A DNA stretch of 64,000 bases from Minisyncoccota bacterium. Lineage in GTDB: Bacteria; Patescibacteriota; Minisyncoccia; UBA6257; GWB1-50-10. The notes under the pieces are model-generated. The model saw only the letters and a list, made by a program, of their open reading frames with translations, was not told the DNA's origin and ran no database searches. Shown here one piece after another: positions 29,727-39,439 of this stretch. The stretch spans positions 536,173 to 600,172 of the forward strand of contig JAYRXE010000037.1 in assembly GCA_041917695.1 (NCBI GenBank), read 5' to 3'. The position numbers were made by a program, and so were the translations under genes. How positions within the stretch are numbered: the first letter of the stretch is position 1; the number at the start of each line of letters is the position of its first letter.

Positions 29727-32228
29727 TTAGCGCTCTTGGAAGCCTTGGTCGGAACGTCCGACATTCACGCAGTCGCGGTTCTGTACGCACTGCTGTTCGG
29801 ACGATTCGGAGAAATCGCCGCTTTGGAGGCCCGGAATGGAAGAGTCGCAGAAGCTGTTACGCATGCACACCGGGCGGTTTTCGATGGTCCCTCCCGCATC
29901 ATCTTTCAAGGTCTTTGCCGCGCGGAGATTAGACCAGGTGGGGTCTTCCGAAAGAATGGAAACGCGGTACAGATACACCGAATCCGAATCGAGTTCCTCG
30001 TCCTTAAACGCGGGATTTTTCGTTATAACCGCCGTACGGAAATAGGCGCTGTAGTCGGGACCCGCCGCCGTCGCGGGGAACTCAACGCCGAACTGGCGGG
30101 AAACAAACGCGATGCCGGTACGGGTGAAGTCGGCAATATGTCCGCCCAAGGAAGCGGCGGCATCAAACGACCGTTCAAAAAGTTCCTGAACCGCCCCTAA
30201 AAACGAAGCCGTGAGCGTGGTAAGCGAGCGCCCCGCGTTTAGATTTTCCTCCTCGCCTCCGGACCACCCGTGGGTATACGGGAACGGATCCGATTCAACG
30301 CACACAATATCGGGCTTCCCCGTCGAGCCCTTCATCGCCGTCGAATAAACGTCGCGGAGACTCAAGGCCGCGCACACTTTCACTTTGTACTGGTACTGGC
30401 GGCCGTTCCCAACATCGCCATCTTCAAATACATACTGTTGCGGTGAAGCCGGCGGCTCTTCGGCGGTCCATCCGAGCACTTGGCCGCGAACGAGCGCATA
30501 GTTCGCTCCGCCGTCTTCCGAACGCCACAATTCTTGCGTATACGGCACCCACACGGTCGGGTTTTCCCACGAAACTTGCACTTTCTTCGAGCCGGTTGCT
30601 TCAAAGCGGAGCGTATAGTTCCGCGAGGGCGTCACTTTCATGCGTTGAAGCTCGAACTCGTACGGCGTCGTTGCGCGGGAAGTGTCTTTCCAGTTCACGA
30701 TAATCGAACGCGACGAATTCGCGTAAGCGTTCATGCCGGTTACCGTACCAATCGGCGCGGGTGATTCGCCGGTTCGGCAGGATACGATCGGCGTGCGCAC
30801 CGAATATCCGTCGTTTGTGAAAACCGTCTCGAGTTCGTAATAATACGTGGTCTTTTCGTCGAGATCCGTATGTGCAAAGGAAGCGAGCGGACCATTCGAA
30901 GAAGCGATGACGGTTTGCGGCGGAGTCGCCTTCGCCCCGCGGACCGTCACGCGGTGCGCCGGATAATTCGTACTCGTGTAATTTTTCGTGATGATAAGCC
31001 GCATGGAGGTCTGGCCTTCGGGCAGACACACCAAATCATAGGGCCGGACGATGGTAATCGAATCCGTCACAATGCCGTTTTCAGTTTCTTCAGTTGAAGA
31101 AGCGCGGAGCGTCGTATTCGCCGGCTGCGGAATGCGGTCCGGGGCGGTATAGCGCGTGAATTGCGAAGGGCCCGAGAGCGACGGATTCATGCGTCCATAG
31201 GTGTCGTTCCCGCCGAGCGCGCCGGCGATGAACCAAGCGGTGGCAAGATTCGCGGAAAAATCCCGCGTATCGCGGATGGCGATTTTATGGGGTCCGGGCG
31301 GTTCGATGCCGTACGGTCCCGTCGAAGTGGGCGTAATGATGTTCAAAGACGACGAAGCAAAGACGAGCCACCCGCCGATAGTGTCCCCCGCCCACGCAAG
31401 GCCGGTGAGGACTTTATGATTCACCCCGCCGTTTCCCGCACAGCTTTCCCCCAGGGAGACGGGCGATTTACCTATCGTTACCGTCCCGCCCGTCGAGTCG
31501 CCGAAACAAAGGCCGAAATTGTTGCCGCCCGCCACACCGCGCAAGGAAACCCAGCCGCCCCACGAACCCGGCGCTTCGCCGTTTATAAACCGCGCCCATC
31601 CGTAGAGCTTCCCGTCTGCGCCGATTCGCGCCGCGCATTCCCCGTTCGGACATCCTTCCAAGTCTTCATCATTAAATGAAAGCCACCCGTACCCTGTTCC
31701 CGATTCATGAGCCGCCCACATGACGCCGTGCATAAGGCCGTCCGTATCGGCATAGACGCCGTACGGCACCGAGGAATGATTGCCCTTTCCCTGCTCCTGG
31801 CTCGCATTGTTCACGCTAATCCACCCGATACCCTTCCCCGCCATGGCACCCCATCCCACGCCGCGGACGATGCTTCCTTCGCGGATATTCAAATTGAGCG
31901 GTGCACGGGAAGTACCCGCGCCGGTAAGCGCCCCGCCTTGCTTCCGCTGAATTTCGTAGATGTACGAATTGCCGGTCGGCACATTCTGGTCCCGCCAGCT
32001 CGCGCCCGTTCCGACATTGATGTTTGTGGTGCCCCCTCCGGGAGTGCGGCGGATAAGCGTGTATGACTCCCCTCCTTGTGCAGCCGGCCATCCGTCTACG
32101 AAAACACTTGCAAAATTTTCAGTAATTGAAGAGACGCGGACACGGACGGAGAGCGTTTCCTGCGCGGAAACCGCGGATGCGGAAAGGAAAAGCAGGGCAG
32201 ATGCAAAAACGAGGAAAAATTTCTTCAT
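29727..32228 (-). CDS. Large secreted surface protein with FN3-like domains and GW repeats
   Basis: Signal peptide, repeated GWIS/GWLS/GWVS motifs, Y.Y.V FN3-type strands and Cys-rich C-terminus. Confidence 0.75.
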   Translation of the reverse strand: MKKFFLVFASALLFLSASAVSAQETLSVRVRVSSITENFASVFVDGWPAAQGGESYTLIRRTPGGGTTNINVGTGASWRDQNVPTGNSYIYEIQRKQGGALTGAGTSRAPLNLNIREGSIVRGVGWGAMAGKGIGWISVNNASQEQGKGNHSSVPYGVYADTDGLMHGVMWAAHESGTGYGWLSFNDEDLEGCPNGECAARIGADGKLYGWARFINGEAPGSWGGWVSLRGVAGGNNFGLCFGDSTGGTVTIGKSPVSLGESCAGNGGVNHKVLTGLAWAGDTIGGWLVFASSSLNIITPTSTGPYGIEPPGPHKIAIRDTRDFSANLATAWFIAGALGGNDTYGRMNPSLSGPSQFTRYTAPDRIPQPANTTLRASSTEETENGIVTDSITIVRPYDLVCLPEGQTSMRLIITKNYTSTNYPAHRVTVRGAKATPPQTVIASSNGPLASFAHTDLDEKTTYYYELETVFTNDGYSVRTPIVSCRTGESPAPIGTVTGMNAYANSSRSIIVNWKDTSRATTPYEFELQRMKVTPSRNYTLRFEATGSKKVQVSWENPTVWVPYTQELWRSEDGGANYALVRGQVLGWTAEEPPASPQQYVFEDGDVGNGRQYQYKVKVCAALSLRDVYSTAMKGSTGKPDIVCVESDPFPYTHGWSGGEEENLNAGRSLTTLTASFLGAVQELFERSFDAAASLGGHIADFTRTGIAFVSRQFGVEFPATAAGPDYSAYFRTAVITKNPAFKDEELDSDSVYLYRVSILSEDPTWSNLRAAKTLKDDAGGTIENRPVCMRNSFCDSSIPGLQSGDFSESSEQQCVQNRDCVNVGRSDQGFQER

Positions 32229-32326
32229 TAGAATCATTATATCAGACCCCGTATTCCAACTCATTCGGGAAATATGTGGAAAAGTTAGCCTCAAAACAAA
32301 AACCCGCCGGGCGGCGGGTTTTTGTT

Positions 32327-33865
32327 TTATCGATATTGGAAACACCGGGCGGTACACCGGAGACCGCGAGCGCCACCACCCTTCATATTCATTTCCCAAT
32401 TAGTGCCGTTCACACGCACATTGCATTTACCAAATTGAATGGTGTCATCCGATTCGAAGCCAGTCAAAGCGCAAAAGTAATTTGCCGTTGGCAAAATCGT
32501 ATTAGTCAATTCCTGCCGATTAACCGACACCCACGTGAATTCCTGGAACTGCTGGGTGGGATTCGGCTCCTCGCAGACGAGCCAGCCCTGCGCATCAACT
32601 TTCAAGAACTTGCGGACGCCGATGCCGTTCACGTTGAAACACGTCGTAGCGAGTACGTTATCCAAGTTCACCTTGAGACCTCCCGTATGATTCGGATCGG
32701 TAATGGAAAGCGTTTTCCCGAATTCTTGCTTCAAAGAAACGGTGTCGGAGCCGTTCGGATGCGTAAGCTCGATTCTGCCGGGGCGGAAAGTTCCGCCGTA
32801 AGTACCGCCCACCTTGAGCACGCTCTCACTCCCGGAGGAACCAACGATCTGTACCGGACCGCTTTGGGCCGCGAGGCGATCCTTGATGAGCATCATGCCG
32901 TCCTGGCCGACGCTCAATTGGGTGGCGTTCGCATTGTTTACGAAAGAAAGCGTCCCGCCGATGTTTTTAAGGGTATACGGCGTCACGTTCGTCGGAGCTA
33001 ACTTCACATCGTTTTGTGCGGTCACGGCGCCTTGCGCAGTGAACGTTGCCTGGGCAGTAAGCGGACGTGCCGCCGTGACGTTCCCTGTCGCCGCATCTAT
33101 TGAAAGAGCGGTCGTCCCTCCCGCCTGGGCGTTTGCAGAGTTGATAAGACCGTTATTCGTTTGGTTGCCCCCTCCGCCGTTTGTCACCTGGAAATTCACG
33201 GCGTTTGCCGTCACTTGCGTATTGAAATTCACGCCGTTTGTCGCACCGACGCTCACGACCGTCGTCGTTGTATAGACGCCGCCGCGGCCGAGTGCCCAAA
33301 AATTCGCGGAGATGTTATTGATAGTCCCGCCTCCGCCGCCAACCTTCACCCAGCATCGTCCCGCCTGGGCGTTTGCCGAGGGAATGAACGCCTCCTGCTG
33401 GCCCTGTGCGCAGTTTGTTCCGCCCGTAAAAAGCCATAAATCACCATTATCGTAGGTTATGGTGCCGGCAGGCACTCCCGTTCCTAAAACAGTTGTCGAA
33501 TAGCTGGGGAGCACTACCCCCTTAGTCTGAATAAGAAACGGATTTGTGCTGTTTGTCAGCACGGTATATCCACTCGCTGATAAGTAAAATGAATTATTGC
33601 CCGGTTGCGAGCGCACGGAAGCGCCATCTTGTAATATTAGTCCACTTCCACTGTTCTTATTCGCCTCAAGGTAATCAACTTTAATGCCGGCACTTTTTGC
33701 TTGAAATGTCTGCCCTATATCAATAGGAGCGGTAGTGTTTCCACCTGGAAATTGCTGGGTGGGCGGCGTCCACGTCGAAGGACCGCGCTGACCAAATACC
33801 TGCGTCGCGGAAAAAAGAAGCACTCCCGCGAAAAGACCGGCTAAAAGGAATCTCGAAAGTTTCAT
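32327..33865 (-). CDS. Secreted fibre/adhesin-like protein
   Basis: Signal peptide, PP..FPGGN..API N-terminus, G/T/N-rich body and Cys-containing C-terminal head. Confidence 0.7.
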   Translation of the reverse strand: MKLSRFLLAGLFAGVLLFSATQVFGQRGPSTWTPPTQQFPGGNTTAPIDIGQTFQAKSAGIKVDYLEANKNSGSGLILQDGASVRSQPGNNSFYLSASGYTVLTNSTNPFLIQTKGVVLPSYSTTVLGTGVPAGTITYDNGDLWLFTGGTNCAQGQQEAFIPSANAQAGRCWVKVGGGGGTINNISANFWALGRGGVYTTTTVVSVGATNGVNFNTQVTANAVNFQVTNGGGGNQTNNGLINSANAQAGGTTALSIDAATGNVTAARPLTAQATFTAQGAVTAQNDVKLAPTNVTPYTLKNIGGTLSFVNNANATQLSVGQDGMMLIKDRLAAQSGPVQIVGSSGSESVLKVGGTYGGTFRPGRIELTHPNGSDTVSLKQEFGKTLSITDPNHTGGLKVNLDNVLATTCFNVNGIGVRKFLKVDAQGWLVCEEPNPTQQFQEFTWVSVNRQELTNTILPTANYFCALTGFESDDTIQFGKCNVRVNGTNWEMNMKGGGARGLRCTARCFQYR

Positions 33866-33956
33866 AGGCTTTTTATCTTGCTTTAAGTATAGCAAATCTT
33901 TTCTTGTAAAAATGGGGATAAGAAAAACCCCTCCTTCGAGGGGTTCTTGAGATAAT

Positions 33957-34859
33957 TTACTTCACAACCGTCATTTTCCTTGCTTCAACAAAATCTTTTG
34001 CTTCTAACCGGTAAAAGTAGGTTCCACTTGCCAAGTGTGAAGCATCAACGTCGGCTTCATAGCTTCCTTTTCCCATCTCTCCGTCAACGAGCGTCTGCAC
34101 TTCGCGCCCGGCGATGTCATATACCTTTAAGGATACATGGCTTCGTTCGGGAATCGTGAAGGCAATCTTCGTCTTTGGATTGAACGGATTCGGATAGTTT
34201 TGACTGAGAGAGAACTCTTTAGCCGTCTGGTTTTGATTCTGAATGCCGGTAAGGCCTCCTTCAAAATCATCTACTACTGCTTGTGGTTGCCAAAATTGGG
34301 CAAAGGTCCAATAATCCCATTTTATTTTGCAACGTATCGAATCATTGGCGGGGGTGCCATTGAAATACAAATCAAACTTTATGCGAATAGCGCTAACCAT
34401 AGCAGGAGGGTTTTGGCCACCGATTGGAATCAGTTCTACTCCCCATGTGTTGGTTATTTCGCCCACTCCAAGTTGGATTGGACCCACCTCACAAAAATTC
34501 ACTCCATCACCTGAAATATAAAATGTGGTTTTCACATATACGTTCCCAACATAGGGATCAAGTTGAACCAATTTTTCGTAGACAACGCATTGCAGGTAAC
34601 TACTTCTTGATATTGAAGTCTGAAGATCTTTAGTTACTTCAAAACTTCCCTGCTGGAATGCGCGCCCTTCAAAGCAAACGGATCTCTGGCCATAATAATG
34701 ATCAGATTCGGATGTCATTTTAATGAATCCGATGTTTCCGGTTGTTGAAGTTACATACATTCCGTTTATGCCTTCCCCTTCTACTTGCGGGTCGGCAAAC
34801 GTTTGGAACACTCCTATAAATAAGAGAGCTCCAAAAAGAAGAAAACTTAAGAATTTCAT
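33957..34859 (-). CDS. Secreted protein with T9SS type A C-terminal sorting domain
   Basis: Signal peptide; FSLSQNYPNPFNP..KVYDIAGREV..LASGTYFYRL..RKMTVVK; TTGCAA-17-TATAAT (34910-34938); AAGGAG SD. Confidence 0.85.
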   Translation of the reverse strand: MKFLSFLLFGALLFIGVFQTFADPQVEGEGINGMYVTSTTGNIGFIKMTSESDHYYGQRSVCFEGRAFQQGSFEVTKDLQTSISRSSYLQCVVYEKLVQLDPYVGNVYVKTTFYISGDGVNFCEVGPIQLGVGEITNTWGVELIPIGGQNPPAMVSAIRIKFDLYFNGTPANDSIRCKIKWDYWTFAQFWQPQAVVDDFEGGLTGIQNQNQTAKEFSLSQNYPNPFNPKTKIAFTIPERSHVSLKVYDIAGREVQTLVDGEMGKGSYEADVDASHLASGTYFYRLEAKDFVEARKMTVVK

Positions 34860-35021
34860 TCGAAACTCTCCTTTCTGTATTTATTTTTTTATTAATTATT
34901 TCTATCTTTATTATACCACATCCGTATGTTTTTTGCAATACATCCGTGGCAACTTGTCAAGGGTCTCTACAGCAAAGACGCTTCTCCCCTCCTCAAAGTT
35001 TCCCTTGCTTTTGAAATCCAC

Positions 35022-35537
35022 TTAAAACCCGCGTTTTTCTCGTTTTTTCAGTATTTCCTGGGTTTTCTCCATTACCCGCTCGTACTCCTTAACAGTCGAA
35101 AGACCAGCTTGCTTCCTTCTTTTTTCTAATTCCTTCTTATTCTCCACGGGAGCTAACTCAATTTTCCCCTTCTTGTTTCTTCGAAATTGCGTGCCATAGA
35201 TTTGCTTTTTCCCCTTATGGACGCATATCCGGTCGGTAAGAAACGCCTCGTCAATTTGGTTGAATCCGCAGTGAAAGAGGCAATTTTCCTGGAGCTCGGT
35301 GTCCGTTTGATGCTGTATGAGCAGCCAGAATTGATGGAGCGCTTTCGCCCCTACCATCTTCTTTGTCGGATAGCCGTGTTTTTCAATGATGTGCCGGACC
35401 TTGAATGTATGGATGTTATCTACGGCATATATGAGCCAGTTAAGCGGTCCCTTGCCGGGAGTGGCGAGATTGCGGGTCCGTTGATCCGCTTCATACATTT
35501 CCGCTATCTCGTGCTGGATTTCTTTTTTCATTTTCAT
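35022..35537 (-). CDS. DUF6624-like protein
   Basis: DQ..R, HGYP, WLLIQH, AFLTDR and KQIYGTQF motifs. Confidence 0.75.
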   Translation of the reverse strand: MKMKKEIQHEIAEMYEADQRTRNLATPGKGPLNWLIYAVDNIHTFKVRHIIEKHGYPTKKMVGAKALHQFWLLIQHQTDTELQENCLFHCGFNQIDEAFLTDRICVHKGKKQIYGTQFRRNKKGKIELAPVENKKELEKRRKQAGLSTVKEYERVMEKTQEILKKREKRGF

Positions 35538-36106
35538 AAAACTTTTTTGACGCCGGCAAGATAGACGGCATCCATATCGTGTTCCGCTTCCGGAATCTCG
35601 ATTGCCCGCCATCCCTTTCGCCTCCCGAGCTTTTCCGCCCGTCCTTTAAGCACGGGGTGTTCCTTACTGCCGTAGAGCAACGTCACTTTTTTTGCGAGCA
35701 AGGGCGCATAGTCAAGTTTTTTCATTTCTCGCAACTGAATTGCGGAAAAATCGGAAAGTTCTTTCTTTTTATACCAATTCAAATCTTCGCCTAAAACGGG
35801 GGGCAAGGAACAAAGTAGTACATGCGTGAAGCGAACCCTCCTTGCAGCCAGATACGCTTCAAGTGCGCCTATGGAAAATCCCATAATCGTATCACGAGGC
35901 ATTGCGCTTGAGGATACTTGATTGATGATTCCATGGATAATTTCGGATAAGGGTGCGGGCCCTCCGAGGGAATATTTTCTATTTCTTGTGAAAAGCCGGA
36001 GGGGTATATAAGTATATTTTTTTGAAATGATTGCAATAAGGTTCCGATAATTTTCATCGGTAATCCGATGGCCCCATCCAGGCAAGATATAGATGTTTGG
36101 CTTCAT
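35534..36106 (-). CDS. Alpha/beta hydrolase
   Basis: LPGWG, GFSIG nucleophile elbow and C-terminal His (AEHD). Confidence 0.75.
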   Translation of the reverse strand: MKPNIYILPGWGHRITDENYRNLIAIISKKYTYIPLRLFTRNRKYSLGGPAPLSEIIHGIINQVSSSAMPRDTIMGFSIGALEAYLAARRVRFTHVLLCSLPPVLGEDLNWYKKKELSDFSAIQLREMKKLDYAPLLAKKVTLLYGSKEHPVLKGRAEKLGRRKGWRAIEIPEAEHDMDAVYLAGVKKVL

Positions 36107-36184
36107 CACTAGCTAGTATTCATTATGCCCCTTTTCGAGGTTCCGGCTCAAAAAATCTAACGCCACCCTTACTACCTCAACAAG

Positions 36185-37453
36185 CTAAATTAATACTTCC
36201 CGTGCAAAAGAATTCTTTTTGACCGGACCCACCACCGCAAGATTCATATTTTTATTCGTAAAAAGAGCCTTTGCTACTGCATGAATTTCAGCGCGGGTGA
36301 CTTTTTTATATCGCTGAATTATCTCTTCAATCGGCTCAATTTTCCCCTCCATAATTTCCTGTTCTCCCGAAAAAAGAGCCCAGTCTTCCGAAGTTTCGTT
36401 TGCTATACTCTGCCTTGCAATACTATATTCCTTCGTTCTCACTAATTCCTCTGAAGAAACGCCATTCTGTACGATGTCTCGCAGTTCATTGCGGATGACT
36501 TTCAAAACTGCAGAAAATCTTTGATTTTCTATTCCTCCCGCAATCGCAAAACATCCATGATCGGACCCTAAAATAGTTGTCGCCCCTATGCTATACGCAG
36601 CCCCCATCTCCCCATAGATTTTCTGCCATAATCGGGAACTCTCGGTACCCCCCAAGATGCTTTCCAAAACACGCACGGCGGAGTGCCTCTTGTCCGAAAC
36701 GGGAAACGCTCGAAATCCAAGCACGAAATTAGTCTGATTCGATTTTTTTCGCAAAATGTTTTCCACGAATCCTTGCTGATTTTCATCAACTCTTTTTTTG
36801 GGAATGACTTCTTTCCCCTCTTTGCCGGCAAATGCCTTAACAATCTCCTTTTGAATCATCGTTTGCGAAACATTCCCAGCGATTGAAATAACGATTTGGC
36901 TAGGCAGGTAATACCGCGCATGGTACGCACGAAGGTCCGCGGCGGAAATTTTTTTGATGCTTGTCGGAGTGCCTAATATTCTTCTCCCCGCCGCTTCCTG
37001 CGGGTAAAGCGTACTGTTGAACCTATCCCAGACGACGGACTGAGGATCGTCTTCATTCATGTTAATTTCCTCAATTACCACGCCTTTTTCTTTCGCAACA
37101 TCTGCGGCGTTCAGCGATGGATTGCAAATCACATCAAAGAGAACTTTTGATGCCGACTGGAAATCCTGGTTCGCCGCTTTCACGTAATAATAGGTACACT
37201 CATTTGAAGTGAAAGCCTCTGAAGAAGTACCTAGCGACTCAAAAGCCTGAGAAATAGCTCGATGATTTGGGTACTTTTTCGTTCCTCGAAAACACATATG
37301 CTCGAGAAAATGAGAGATTCCATTTTCTTGCTCGTTTTCATATTCGCTCCCGACCCGAACGAAAACAGCCGTGGTTACGGTAGCGCTTTCCGGCAAATGC
37401 GTATGGAGGAGGGTGAGGCCGTTTTTTAGTTTTGCTTTAGTCGTTTTAGGCAT
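36185..37453 (-). CDS. M16 family zinc peptidase
   Basis: GISHFLEHM inverted zinc motif and EKGVVIEE. Confidence 0.92.
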   Translation of the reverse strand: MPKTTKAKLKNGLTLLHTHLPESATVTTAVFVRVGSEYENEQENGISHFLEHMCFRGTKKYPNHRAISQAFESLGTSSEAFTSNECTYYYVKAANQDFQSASKVLFDVICNPSLNAADVAKEKGVVIEEINMNEDDPQSVVWDRFNSTLYPQEAAGRRILGTPTSIKKISAADLRAYHARYYLPSQIVISIAGNVSQTMIQKEIVKAFAGKEGKEVIPKKRVDENQQGFVENILRKKSNQTNFVLGFRAFPVSDKRHSAVRVLESILGGTESSRLWQKIYGEMGAAYSIGATTILGSDHGCFAIAGGIENQRFSAVLKVIRNELRDIVQNGVSSEELVRTKEYSIARQSIANETSEDWALFSGEQEIMEGKIEPIEEIIQRYKKVTRAEIHAVAKALFTNKNMNLAVVGPVKKNSFAREVLI

Positions 37454-37500
37454 CACGCTTATCCTACTGCGAAAAATTTAGAGGTACAACACTCTTCAAT

Positions 37501-37529
37501 AAAAAGAGTCGCAGTTATAGCGACTCTTT
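37501..37529 (-). terminator. Intrinsic terminator downstream of the peptide gene
   Basis: AAAGAGTCGC-N7-GCGACTCTTT hairpin with T-run on the minus strand. Confidence 0.8.
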
Positions 37530-37545
37530 GTGCATCCATACTATC

Positions 37546-37623
37546 TTATCTGGGTTTTGGATGCGGCTTTGGTGTCGGTTTGGGCCTTGGCCTTCCCGGC
37601 GGATGATATCTGCCCCTTGGCAT
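37546..37623 (-). CDS. 25-aa Pro/Arg/Lys-rich peptide MPRGRYHPPGRPRPKPTPKPHPKPR
   Basis: Manual translation; AAGGAG 9 nt before ATG; TTGCCA-16-TATAGT (37725-37752); own terminator. Confidence 0.75.
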   Translation of the reverse strand: MPRGRYHPPGRPRPKPTPKPHPKPR

Positions 37624-37838
37624 ACTCTATGGCTCCTTTCTGCTTATTTATATTTATTAGCTCTCTACTGAGAGAAGATACTCAAGCAGGTACCTTTTTA
37701 ATTTCAAACCTAAACTCTCATTAAACTATAGCTCAAAGAATTAAAATGGCAATACCCTGGCGTACATTTGTCAAGATTCCTTATAGTTAAAGGCCACGAA
37801 AAACCCGCCGAATGGCGGGTTTTCTTGGGGTAAAGGAC

Positions 37839-39260
37839 TTATCGGCAATACCCGGCAATGTCCGTCCCTAAACAAATCGTGCACCCGAGCGCCGTCCAAC
37901 CATTGGTAACACCTGAAGGAACTTCATCAGGAACACCCACCCCTCCTGAAATGCTTCGCGGATCGCAGGTGGGAACCGAGTAGGCTACATGGCTACACGA
38001 GTTATTGGCATCAAATATAGCGCCCGATGTGCAGGTATAGGTTGGCTCAAAATCACTGCCAACGCCGCCTTCAGCTACCCCAAAAACTTCAGTGGTTTGT
38101 ATCTGACCGTTACCAGCGTCATATGATGCCCAACCCCCTTCGTTCATTCTATCGCAGTTATAATCAAAATCTTTTTCCGCGATGGGATTTATGAAATAGC
38201 TTGTCTGCCCGGGAAAGGCATTCGCATTATCGTCATGGCAATCAAGTCCCCCGTTCGGCAGCTCGCCAATATTCGGGTTCCACGGCCGCGAAGGCGAATC
38301 CTTCACGCGTACCTCAGGGGTGCACTGGTCGAGACATTCGTAGTGCATCGTACCAAGGTCGTCCGTAAACGTATCACTGTCGACGTCGTTGTACCACAAG
38401 AGCGCTTCCTTTATCTTTGCCGTCGAGCCGGTTTGGAGCGTTATCGCCCCGCTACTGATACGCAATGAGGCGTTATGGTCGGCATCGCCATTCCAAACAA
38501 GTGTTGAATTACCCGTAAGGTTGACGGTATTGTCTCCGAGCAACAAATCGCCGCCGTCAAAGCCCTCAACGCCCGTCGTCGGAGAACACGAACCCTGCAA
38601 ATTGCCATTCGCGTCGAAGACGCATTCAGGATCGGACCACGCGAGGGTGAGTGTGGCGGTATCGCCGTTAATGTCTTCCGCGACGAATTTCGTGTGATAG
38701 GTCTTCGTATGCGTGTCGTTCACGACCCATGCTCCTTCATATGAATACTCCATGAGCGCCTGCGCCTCGGCTTTCGAGACAAGCTGGTTCAAGACGCTTT
38801 CGGCGTAACCGTTTCCTTTATTGATGATAAGCGTGCCTTCATCGCTCACGAGATACGGCTGTGAACGGAAGTAATCCGCGGAAAGCGCTTTCGATTCTTT
38901 CATCGTAAGCGGAATCTCCTGCGTCTTTGAATCGGTGTCGATGACCGCCTTCACGCTTTTAAGCGCTACGGGACTCGCGATGCGCACCTGCATGAGCTGG
39001 GTATCGCCAACGCGCACCTTCAAGGGGCTCACGACGCCGCCCGTGAACTTCGGGTATTCCCCGGAGCTCGCGGTGAAGCGGTATTCGCCGTCGGTCGGCA
39101 ACTGCCACTCCTGCCCCCGGGCGTTTACGTAATACTCGCCGAGCTTGTTCGACGCATTGGGAACGAGGCCGTTCCAGAAATAATATCCGGCGACCAGAAG
39201 AAACGCGATGCCGACGACAACTGCGATCGTCGACTTCTCTTTTTGGGTAAAGTTTTTCAT
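37839..39260 (-). CDS. Membrane-anchored surface protein with Cys/Asp-rich putative metal-binding motif
   Basis: N-terminal TM; DCHDDNANAFPGQ..DYNCD motif. Confidence 0.7.
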   Translation of the reverse strand: MKNFTQKEKSTIAVVVGIAFLLVAGYYFWNGLVPNASNKLGEYYVNARGQEWQLPTDGEYRFTASSGEYPKFTGGVVSPLKVRVGDTQLMQVRIASPVALKSVKAVIDTDSKTQEIPLTMKESKALSADYFRSQPYLVSDEGTLIINKGNGYAESVLNQLVSKAEAQALMEYSYEGAWVVNDTHTKTYHTKFVAEDINGDTATLTLAWSDPECVFDANGNLQGSCSPTTGVEGFDGGDLLLGDNTVNLTGNSTLVWNGDADHNASLRISSGAITLQTGSTAKIKEALLWYNDVDSDTFTDDLGTMHYECLDQCTPEVRVKDSPSRPWNPNIGELPNGGLDCHDDNANAFPGQTSYFINPIAEKDFDYNCDRMNEGGWASYDAGNGQIQTTEVFGVAEGGVGSDFEPTYTCTSGAIFDANNSCSHVAYSVPTCDPRSISGGVGVPDEVPSGVTNGWTALGCTICLGTDIAGYCR

Positions 39261-39439
39261 ATAGCTGTAAACCCTGCGCCGGCGACATCCGGCTTTTACT
39301 TGGTTTTATTATACCAAACCCCCTTGACAAGCCTGCCGGAAATACTTGAAAAAATAATACATATGTGTTATAATAAACTTAGTAATAAATTAAAAATATA
39401 AAAAGGCTGAAACGCCTCATTACGAAAGGAGTTTTCTCA

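Noticed and set aside
37530-37724. Plus-strand 64-aa ORF from the track
   Set aside because: Promoter, SD and terminator all point to the minus-strand 25-aa ORF instead.
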